From an uncultured Acidobacteriota bacterium (GTDB lineage Bacteria > Acidobacteriota > UBA6911): DNA of 64,000 nt. Shown here piece after piece: positions 41,459-49,288 of this stretch. Made by a program: the position numbers and the translations under genes. Location of the stretch: positions 160,001 through 224,000 of the forward strand of contig CAWHCF010000023.1 in NCBI GenBank assembly GCA_963827655.1. The letters run 5' to 3'. Each line of letters starts with the position of its first letter. Within the stretch, counting starts at the first letter, position 1. Below the pieces are notes generated by a model. That model worked only from the letters and a program-made list of their open reading frames with translations, made no database searches and was not told where the DNA came from.

Positions 41459-42226
41459 ATAGGGGTAGGGAGGACCGATTGAGTTCGATCCCCCCTCCCT
41501 CCGAACCGGACGTGCGGATCTCCCGCATCCGGCTCTCCAGTCGGTGGTTCACCTCGATGAGGGTTGACATGCCATTCGGAGGCAGTGGTCAGGATCCCAT
41601 ACCTGCAAATGGAACTGAAAACCTTCGCGACTGGTCTCCAGTTGCTCTGATGACCAAGGCTGTCAACATGCATCTCGCGTGGGCTGCCAGTTCACGCCAC
41701 GGGTTGAACCCGTGGTTCTCTCCGACTCGCTTAGCCCTTGGGCACTCGCATCGGTTTGTCTTCTGTCAGTCCCGCGTCCATGCATCCACCTCCCTGCGCC
41801 CCTTTGCTCCAGGCCCATTACGGCCCTTCCTCGCTCCTATGGGCGCTCTGACTCCTGCACGCCCGGTTCTTCGGCTCTTGCGAGCATGAACACCGGCTCC
41901 TGTTACGGACAGGTCTCCCTGATTCACGCACTTGATCTTCCGATCCCTCCGTCTCCAACCACCGGTCAGGCCCCGACGTCGCTTTCGCACGCTACCCCTC
42001 AGCTCGTCGAGTCTCCCGCTCTCGCGGGTCTAGGCTTCGCCATTCGCTCGCAGGCTCGCCGACACAGACCGGCCGAATCGAGTTCGTTATCCTACGGATG
42101 GATCGTTCACCTCCTGCTGCTCCCCACCCCGCCTCACGGCGACGCAGTTGCAGTCGGTTACAGGCCGGAGAGCGTTTACCTGGAGAGGACTTTCACCTCT
42201 CTGATCATGTGCGCTTACAGGCGCAC
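41459..42226 (-). ncRNA. ORF-less group II intron B (768 nt)
   Basis: Colinear with and highly similar to intron A. 5' GTGCG at 42226, 3' CCCCTAT at 41459. Removal restores TTGGAGTGCGCAAGCTTGCTTGCGCC, identical to the reverse complement of 23761-23786. Confidence 0.9.
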
Positions 42227-42280
42227 GAGTGCGCAAGCTTGCTTGCGCCTTGGATTGCGGCAGCTTGCTGCCGCACCCGC
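42227..42280. repeat. REP doublet (GAGTGCGCAAGCTTGCTTGCGC...GCGGCAGCTTGCTGCCGC)
   Basis: Two hairpins with an AGCTTGCT core; same layout as 271-628. Confidence 0.75.
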
Positions 42281-42439
42281 GAAATGGCCAACTCGTGCCC
42301 CTCACGGGCGGGCCTGGCGAAGCAACGCCAGACTAAGGCGGTTGGTTCATGAATACGTTAACGTATTGGCCAGAGCGGTAGGAGTCGGCGGTGTTGTCGC
42401 CCAGGGCCAAAGGCCCGGCAGGGAGTAGCCCCGCCCGAC

Positions 42440-44131
42440 AGAAAGTGTGAGAAAATTAGTGTCTGTGAGCGCTATATATTTAACATCTTTTTTTTCTCTT
42501 TGCGGGAGTAGCGAGACAGAGATGAGGGTCAGACAGCCGCAGCGTTGAGGGAAGGTTCAGCATAGAAGAACGGTGATAACCGTGGTCGGTAGAGCTGAGG
42601 CTTCTTAAGCTGCGTACAACCTGCTGGACTCTCCAGCGCAGCCGAATCCACTGCTGAATGTTGTAGGTCAGACAAGCCACATCCCTTCGATCGTGACTTT
42701 GATTAGCCACGCAAGCGGAATTGCCGCAGACCAATTTGCTCTTCAACCATGCATTGGGAACTCGCACTGGGCCGTTGACGGTAAATCGTTTTGCTCCGTC
42801 CATTGCCTAAAGCAGCGACTGCAGGAGCCAGTTCAGTGCGCTAATAGCGCGCCCTCGCTGAGCCTCGGGACAACACTGTTTTAAAAGCACAAGTTAGACG
42901 ATCGATGCCACAGCCTGATAGCTATAGCGTATCCTTCCCCGGTTCCTTCAAAGGTAGGTTAGAGTCTTACCCGCTGGGCAAATGTAACGATCGCTGGATG
43001 CTTCATAAATGAAAAACTCTGGCAGAAATTCCGGAGCATGCCGCGTGTTCAAAGTGTCCCGCAGAAACTCTTGTCTGCGCAAACGCTCCGATCAAATCGA
43101 TCCCTTTGTCGCTCATCGCCAGGATCGTTTCTCCGGTCGTAAAAGCCCCGTCCACAACCACCTGTGTCGGTAAGTTGCGTACGTTTTCTTGATCGCTCGA
43201 TGGCTTTAACCGACTGCCCTGATGACTGCCCTTGTCACCCCCACCCCCACGATAACCCGGCGGCAGCATCGGTCAAACTGTACGTGATAGCACGGCGCTA
43301 ATCCTCCGTCTGATTGCTACATGATCCGCGCCTCGGGGTCGCTCTCGCTCACTCTGGCTTCCTTCTTAGCTTCCGCTCCCTCCTTACGTGCCCGAATCTT
43401 TTCCAGTTCCTCTACGGCCGACTCCAAATGCGCCTGCGCCTCTTGCGCTCGGTGCGCGCTTTTACCACGCGAACCGTCATCTCCTCTTCCGACACTTCCT
43501 CCAGCGCCTTCACTTGTGCCCGAGCTAATCGTAGATGGGTCTGGACCCGCGACTGTCGGCGAAAACTCTGCCCGGATGCGCGGGCTATCATTCGTCCCGT
43601 CATGCATCACTCGTTGCAACGTGACTAGCCCTTCCGAGCTTAGTACTCCCGAAACCTGCACAAATAGCTCTCTCAAGGCCTCCTGATGGTCCACCGGAAA
43701 ATCCGACAAGCTGTGGTAATTGACGGGCTCCATGGCCGTCAGCCATTGATACGCCGGATGGTAGCTGCATAACCGTGAGATCTCTCGCGCCGAACTCACC
43801 CCTTCGCTGTAGCCATAGAACCACAGACTGATCATTAAAATTGGATCCAGAGCCGGTCGCCCGGCTACCCCTGCCACGGCTTCTATCTCTCGGTAGAACC
43901 GGCTCAGATCCAATCGCCCTACCAAGTGCCAAAGCGCTCGCACTGGGTGATCCGCTTCCACCAACTCCTCCACGTTTACTGGTCGCATCAACATTTGTCG
44001 GCGATTAATTACCTTCATCCTCGGCGTGCCGCGAGATTCTTCGCTCAATTCCTCCTCCCTCATTGCGGTTGTTAATCAATGAGAGATATATTCCTTCAGT
44101 GTGCATTCGTTTGAATTTTTTAACAGCTTCT
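42440..44131 (-). mobile_element. Degenerate IS1182-family insertion sequence
   Basis: Transposase pieces INRRQ...LVEADHPVR...GRPALDP...SSAREISRLC...NYHSLSDF (43317-44063), VVVDGAF and ACLTYNIQQWIRL. Imperfect TIRs AGAAAGTGTGAGAAAATT / AGAAGCTGTTAAAAAATT (14/18). Confidence 0.85.
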
Positions 44132-44300
44132 CAGGGCGGGGTTTGCGAAACGCCCCGGCCACGAGGTCCGAAGGACCGGCACTCCGGTTGAGTCGCACCT
44201 TCGGCGCTCCTTCTTAATGCACGCCTAATCCCGGCCTTACGGCCGGGCCTGCGCTCTGTCGGCCTTTCAGGCCTCAACTTCATCACCTGCCCCCGGCCGC
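44132..44300. repeat. REP-like hairpin cluster
   Basis: GGTCCGAAGGACC, GCACCTTCGGCGC, CCCGGCCTTACGGCCGGG, GGCCTTTCAGGCC palindromes. Confidence 0.6.
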
Positions 44301-44373
44301 CAGGACCCGGCAACGTACTCCTTTAGGAATCTTCATCAATCTGCTATAAATGGAATTTTCGAGGTCTGAGACT

Positions 44374-45642
44374 ATGGTTTCCAGACGTGTATTTCTCGGC
44401 ATTGCGGTGACTGCGCTCAACCGAAGAGTCCTAGCCGCGCAGAGCCCGAACAACCAGATCGTTCTGGGAATGATCGGCGTGGGCGGCATGGGAACGGCTC
44501 GGCTGAAGGAGTTCATGAAGCAGCAGGACGTTCGGATCGCGGCCGTCTGCGACGTGGACCGGCGCCATCTCGACCGCGCCGCGGCCGCCGTTGAAAAATC
44601 GGGCCGGCCAAAGCCGAAGGACTTCGGTGACTACCGCCGCCTGCTCGATTTGAAAGAAGTCGACGCGGTCGTAATCGTCACTCCGGACCACTGGCACGCG
44701 ATCCCGGCGGTTCACGCCTTCAAGGCCGGCAAAGACGTATTCGTCGAGAAACCGCTCAGCTACAGCGTCGCCGAAGGGCGCGCAATGGCCGACGCGTCGC
44801 TCCAGTACAAGCGCGTCAGCCAGATGGGTAACCACATCCACAACGACTTGCCGAACTATCGCCGCGCCGTCGAACTGGTGAAATCCGGAAAGCTGGGCAA
44901 GATTACGCGCGTCCAGTGCTGGAAAACGTCGCCGACGCGGTCTTCCAGCAGGGAGGCACCGGCGAACTGTCCGCCGGAGCTCGACTACGACTTCTGGCTC
45001 GGGCCAGCTCCGAAGCGACCTTACCATCCACTCCGCAGCCACAGTACTTTCCGCCAGTTCTGGGACTATTCGGGCGGGACGTTCATCGACTTCTGGTGCC
45101 ACATCGTCGACGTGGCCATGTGGGCACTCGACCTGAAGGCGCCGCTCAGCATGTCGGCAGTGGGCGGGCGCTTTTTTCTCACGGACGAGACCGAGACACC
45201 GGATACTCTGGAAGCGACTGTCGAATACCCAAACCTGGTCTTTACGTTCAGCTTCCGTCCGACGCCGCTACCCGGATTCGAGCACATGGGGCAAATCGGG
45301 TGCCTGTTCGAAGGAACCGAGGCGTCGCTGGTGGTCAACTACGAGAAGCAGGAGGTGTGGGTGCGCGGCAAGCGGGCCGACGATTTCCCGCGGCCCGATC
45401 GATCGATTCCCGATTCACCCGGCCATATCCGCGAGTTCCTCGAAGCCATCAAGACGCGAAACCTCGAGACGACCTGCAACGTGCGCTACGGTCACAGATT
45501 GACCAAGGTCGGACTCCTGTGCAACATCGCCTTTCGCACCGGCAGCCGCATCACCTGGGACGACGAACAGGAGCGCATCGTCGGCAACAGCAGCGCGAGC
45601 CCCTATCTGAGCCGCGACTTTCGCAAGCCGTGGACGCTCTAA
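44374..45642 (+). CDS. Gfo/Idh/MocA family oxidoreductase, Tat signal
   Basis: SRRVFL, IGVGGMG, TPDHWH, VFVEKP, LDYDFWLGPAP. Confidence 0.92.
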   Translation: MVSRRVFLGIAVTALNRRVLAAQSPNNQIVLGMIGVGGMGTARLKEFMKQQDVRIAAVCDVDRRHLDRAAAAVEKSGRPKPKDFGDYRRLLDLKEVDAVVIVTPDHWHAIPAVHAFKAGKDVFVEKPLSYSVAEGRAMADASLQYKRVSQMGNHIHNDLPNYRRAVELVKSGKLGKITRVQCWKTSPTRSSSREAPANCPPELDYDFWLGPAPKRPYHPLRSHSTFRQFWDYSGGTFIDFWCHIVDVAMWALDLKAPLSMSAVGGRFFLTDETETPDTLEATVEYPNLVFTFSFRPTPLPGFEHMGQIGCLFEGTEASLVVNYEKQEVWVRGKRADDFPRPDRSIPDSPGHIREFLEAIKTRNLETTCNVRYGHRLTKVGLLCNIAFRTGSRITWDDEQERIVGNSSASPYLSRDFRKPWTL

Positions 45643-45663
45643 CCGCGAAAAAAGGGAGCGAGC

Positions 45664-46332
45664 ATGAAACGCAATCTCCTGTCCCTTATCCTCACACTCG
45701 GCGGCCTGGTCCTCGCCGTTCCTCCCGCCCCTGGCAAGGACAACACTCCGCCGCCCGGGTTCAAGGCTCTATTTAATGGCAAGGACCTCCAGGGATGGCA
45801 GGGCCTGGTCGAACTGCCGCAGCGCGCGAAACTCACCAAGGAGGAATTCGAGGTCAAACAGAAGGAGGCCAACGAAAAGTACCTCCCGCACTGGACGGTG
45901 CGCGACGGCGTGCTCTACTACGACGGCAAGGGACAGAGCCTCCAGACTGCCCGGGACTACGACGACTTCGAGCTCTGGGTCGACTGGAGAATTGGCCCGA
46001 AGGGCGACACCGGGATCTATCTGCGCGGCAATCCCCAGGTGCAGATCTGGGATCGTCCGGTCGGCTCCGGCGGGCTCTTCAATAACCAGAAGAATCCTAA
46101 GGACCCGCTCAAAAATGCCGACAAACCGGTAGGCGAGTGGAACACTTTCCGGATTACGATGCGTGGAGACACGGTGAGCATCTGGCTCAATGGCGAGCTG
46201 GTGGTCGATAAGGTGACTATGGAGAACTACTGGGAGCGCGGCAAGCCGCTGCCGTCCCAGGGCCCGATCGAGCTGCAGCACCACGGCAATCCAATCGAGT
46301 TCAAGAACATCTACATCAAAGAGCTCAAGTAA
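45664..46332 (+). CDS. DUF1080 (3-keto-disaccharide hydrolase family) protein
   Basis: LFNGKDLQGW, GDTGIYLRG, KPVGEWN, IELQHHG, FKNIYIKEL. Confidence 0.9.
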   Translation: MKRNLLSLILTLGGLVLAVPPAPGKDNTPPPGFKALFNGKDLQGWQGLVELPQRAKLTKEEFEVKQKEANEKYLPHWTVRDGVLYYDGKGQSLQTARDYDDFELWVDWRIGPKGDTGIYLRGNPQVQIWDRPVGSGGLFNNQKNPKDPLKNADKPVGEWNTFRITMRGDTVSIWLNGELVVDKVTMENYWERGKPLPSQGPIELQHHGNPIEFKNIYIKELK

Positions 46333-46334
46333 AC

Positions 46335-47459
46335 ATGAGAGGGTCGATTCAGGCATTCCGCCTGGGGACCATGGTCGCAGCCTTGTCGTTCGCCGAGGCC
46401 GGCCTGCGCGCAGACGACTTTGCGCCCTTGTTTAACGGACGGGACCTGTCGGGGTGGGTCGAGATGGGAAAGCCCGGCGGGTTTGTGGTTGAGGAGGGCA
46501 CGCTGCTCCTCAAGACGCCGCAGAACTACCCCAACTGGCTCCGCACCGAGAAGGAATACGAGAACTTCGTCCTCCGGCTCGAATACCGGATGAGCGGGTG
46601 GTGCGAGACCGGCCTTTTCCTGCACGCTCCCCTTTACGGCGACCTCGCCGAGAGCGGCCTTCGCATCCACTTGCGGCACGACCGCACCGAGGAGGGGAGT
46701 CGCTCGACCGGCGGGATCTACGACGTCGCGCCGCCGCTTACCCTGGCGAATAAACCGATCAATGAATGGAATGCTCTCGAAATCCACATGGACTGGCCAG
46801 TCCTTCGGGTCAAGCTGAACGACGTGCTGATCCAGGACGTGAACCTCGAGGTCTCGGATGCCCTGCGGGGGAAGGCCCGGCGCGGCTACATCGGGCTCGA
46901 CGATCTGAACTGCCGCATCCGGTATCGTAACCTTCAAATCCGCGAACTCCCCAACAAGGATCGGAAGTGGACTTCGCTGTCCAATGGGAAGGACCTGAAG
47001 GGCTGGACGAGCGAGGGGAAGGTCCAATGGTTAGTAGAAGACGGAAAGATCGTCGGGAGCAACGGCGACGGGTTTCTGTTCACCGAGGAGTCGTTCGGCG
47101 CGTTCGAGTTCAAAACTTACTTCCGCACCACCGTCCATGCCAACGGCGGCGTGCTCTTTCGACGGTCGAGCGCGAACCGCGGGGGCTACGAGATCCAGAT
47201 CTACAATCAGCCGGGCGCAACCAACCCCACCGGCAGTATCTATGGGCGCGCGGGCGCCACGGCGGTCCCGTGCCGCGACGGTGAGTGGTGCGAGCTGCGG
47301 TTCATTTCCGACGGCGCCTACACGGGCGTGTGGGTCAACGGGAAAAAGGTCGCGGAATCGCACAGCCTCCAGCTGCCCGACCAGGGTCGAATCGGATTCC
47401 AGATGCACAGCGAGGGTCGGGTCGAGTACCTCGACCCGAAGATCCGCTCGCTGCGCTGA
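46335..47459 (+). CDS. Tandem DUF1080 protein
   Basis: Two copies: LFNGRDLSGW...YRNLQIREL and NGKDLKGW...YEIQI...GFQMH. Confidence 0.88.
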   Translation: MRGSIQAFRLGTMVAALSFAEAGLRADDFAPLFNGRDLSGWVEMGKPGGFVVEEGTLLLKTPQNYPNWLRTEKEYENFVLRLEYRMSGWCETGLFLHAPLYGDLAESGLRIHLRHDRTEEGSRSTGGIYDVAPPLTLANKPINEWNALEIHMDWPVLRVKLNDVLIQDVNLEVSDALRGKARRGYIGLDDLNCRIRYRNLQIRELPNKDRKWTSLSNGKDLKGWTSEGKVQWLVEDGKIVGSNGDGFLFTEESFGAFEFKTYFRTTVHANGGVLFRRSSANRGGYEIQIYNQPGATNPTGSIYGRAGATAVPCRDGEWCELRFISDGAYTGVWVNGKKVAESHSLQLPDQGRIGFQMHSEGRVEYLDPKIRSLR

Positions 47460-47487
47460 TCGCTTCAACGCGGAGAAGGAGATTGAT

Positions 47488-47934
47488 ATGATCATCGGCG
47501 CGCATTCGATCATCTACAGCACGAATCCCGACGCCGACCGCGCATTCCTGCGCGATGTGCTCAAGCTGACCAACGTCGATGTGGGCGGAGGATGGCTGAT
47601 CTTCGGATTGCCGCCGGCGGAGGTTGCCGTACATCCGTCCGACGAGAACGACGTGCACGAGTTCTATCTGATGTGCGATGACGTCCAGTCGCTCACCGCG
47701 GAAATGCAGAAACACGATATCGTTTGCAGCCCGGTGCAGGAGCAGGACTGGGGTTTGCTCACGCAGATCACGCTGCCGGGCGGTGGCAAGCTCGGCATCT
47801 ACCAGCCGCGCCACGCGCGGCCGAAGTCGATGAGCGCGGGAAAGACGGCGACGAGACCTGCGAAGCGCGCGACGGCCAGACGCGCGAAAAAAACCGCCAG
47901 AAAGACACCGAAGAAGAAGGCAAGACGACGGTAA
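47488..47934 (+). CDS. VOC/extradiol-dioxygenase-like protein with Lys/Arg-rich tail
   Basis: MIIGAHSIIYS...GGGWLIFGLPPAEVAVHP...LPGGGKLGIYQPRH, then AKRATARRAKKTARKTPKKKARRR; AGGAG RBS. Confidence 0.8.
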   Translation: MIIGAHSIIYSTNPDADRAFLRDVLKLTNVDVGGGWLIFGLPPAEVAVHPSDENDVHEFYLMCDDVQSLTAEMQKHDIVCSPVQEQDWGLLTQITLPGGGKLGIYQPRHARPKSMSAGKTATRPAKRATARRAKKTARKTPKKKARRR

Positions 47935-48030
47935 TTCTGCCTGCGATTGACGGAATCGGTATCGCCGTGACTTGGCGTCTTCGTGGTATTTGTTTCTCAG
48001 CGCTAACCACGAAGACTCGAAGACGCTACT

Positions 48031-49215
48031 TCAACGATTGGCCGACATCACGATCAGTGTGGCATCGTCGTGAAACTTGCCTCCACTGAATTCGACCACG
48101 TCTGCCATGACCCTCTTCCGCAGGTCGATCGCTCGAAGATGCTTGTTTTCTTCCAGGAAGGCCATCAGACGCTCTTCTCCGAACTCCTCTTCCATAACAT
48201 TGGTGGCCTCCGTTACGCCGTCGGTGAAGAGCACGATCCGGTCGCCAGGTAAGAGGTCTACCTCCCGCTGCTCGTAGTTCCATTCTCTGAATACTCCGAG
48301 CACAGATCCACCTTCCTGCAGGCGGCTGTGAGCGCTCGTACGCCTGAGAACCACGGGTGCATTGTGGCCGGCATTGGTGTAAACCAGTTTCCTCCTTTTC
48401 GAATCGTAGAGGCCGTAGAAAAACGTGATGAACCGGTTGGCTGAAATGTTGCTGCAAATGACCCGATTGACCTTGGAGCAGAGTTCTTTGGGCTGCATCA
48501 ATTCCGACGCAAAAGCTTTGACCGCAGCTTGAAGATTAGACATCAGTAACGCCGCGGGCATCCCTTTGCCGGCAACGTCCGCAACGCACAGCGCAACGGC
48601 GCTCGAACCGAACTTCAGCACATCAAAGTAGTCGCCGCCCACCGCGCTGGCCGGCTGCCATGCGCCGGATATTTCATGATCAGGAATCTGAGGAATATCC
48701 TTGGGCAGCAGCCCCAGCTGGATCTCCCGCGCCTCCTGATACTCGCGTTCCTGCCAGAACTTTTTCTCCTTTTCCAGCCGAAGTCTTTCTCTCAGAGCGC
48801 GGCCTTCTTCGACGTGAGTTCGGAGCAGAACGAGAAGTTTTTCGTTCTCCCAGGGCTTCTGAACGAAATCACGCACGCCGCGCTGCATGGCTTCCACCGC
48901 GAGTTCTACGCTACCCCAACCTGTCATCACTATTATGGGAAGCGCGCGGTCCAGGACCTGGATATGGGAGAGCAGATCCAGCCCTTCCTGGCCCGACGTC
49001 GTATCTCGAGCGTAGTTGAGGTCCATCAAAAGGAGATCGAACTGCTTCGACTTCAGGGCCTCGAGCAGCGCGGCCGGAGAAGTGACCCCTTCCGTTTGAT
49101 AGCCTGCGCCCTTGAGTAAGAGGCGAAGGGCTTCCAATACTTCCGGCTGGTCATCGGCGATGAGTGTTCGTGGCGCCGTAGAAGAAGAGCTCCTGAGTTC
49201 AATCGTTTCCATCAT
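48031..49215 (-). CDS. Response regulator receiver + PP2C (SpoIIE/RsbU) phosphatase
   Basis: LIADD, LMDLN, FVQKPW; VGGDYFD, VADVAGKG, NAGH, FTDGVTE, DDATL. Confidence 0.93.
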   Translation of the reverse strand: MMETIELRSSSSTAPRTLIADDQPEVLEALRLLLKGAGYQTEGVTSPAALLEALKSKQFDLLLMDLNYARDTTSGQEGLDLLSHIQVLDRALPIIVMTGWGSVELAVEAMQRGVRDFVQKPWENEKLLVLLRTHVEEGRALRERLRLEKEKKFWQEREYQEAREIQLGLLPKDIPQIPDHEISGAWQPASAVGGDYFDVLKFGSSAVALCVADVAGKGMPAALLMSNLQAAVKAFASELMQPKELCSKVNRVICSNISANRFITFFYGLYDSKRRKLVYTNAGHNAPVVLRRTSAHSRLQEGGSVLGVFREWNYEQREVDLLPGDRIVLFTDGVTEATNVMEEEFGEERLMAFLEENKHLRAIDLRKRVMADVVEFSGGKFHDDATLIVMSANR

Positions 49216-49288
49216 CCCAATCCCTGGGTCCGACCCGCGTTTCTCTGCCTCCGCGCGACCTGGCGGAGAGGTGAACGCGCGCCGGAAT

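Noticed and set aside
39555-42428. ORFs inside the introns (e.g. 39633-40043, 41479-41889, 41679-42428) as intron-encoded proteins
   Set aside because: No RT/YADD or maturase motifs; most are antisense to the ribozyme and merely translate conserved RNA structure.
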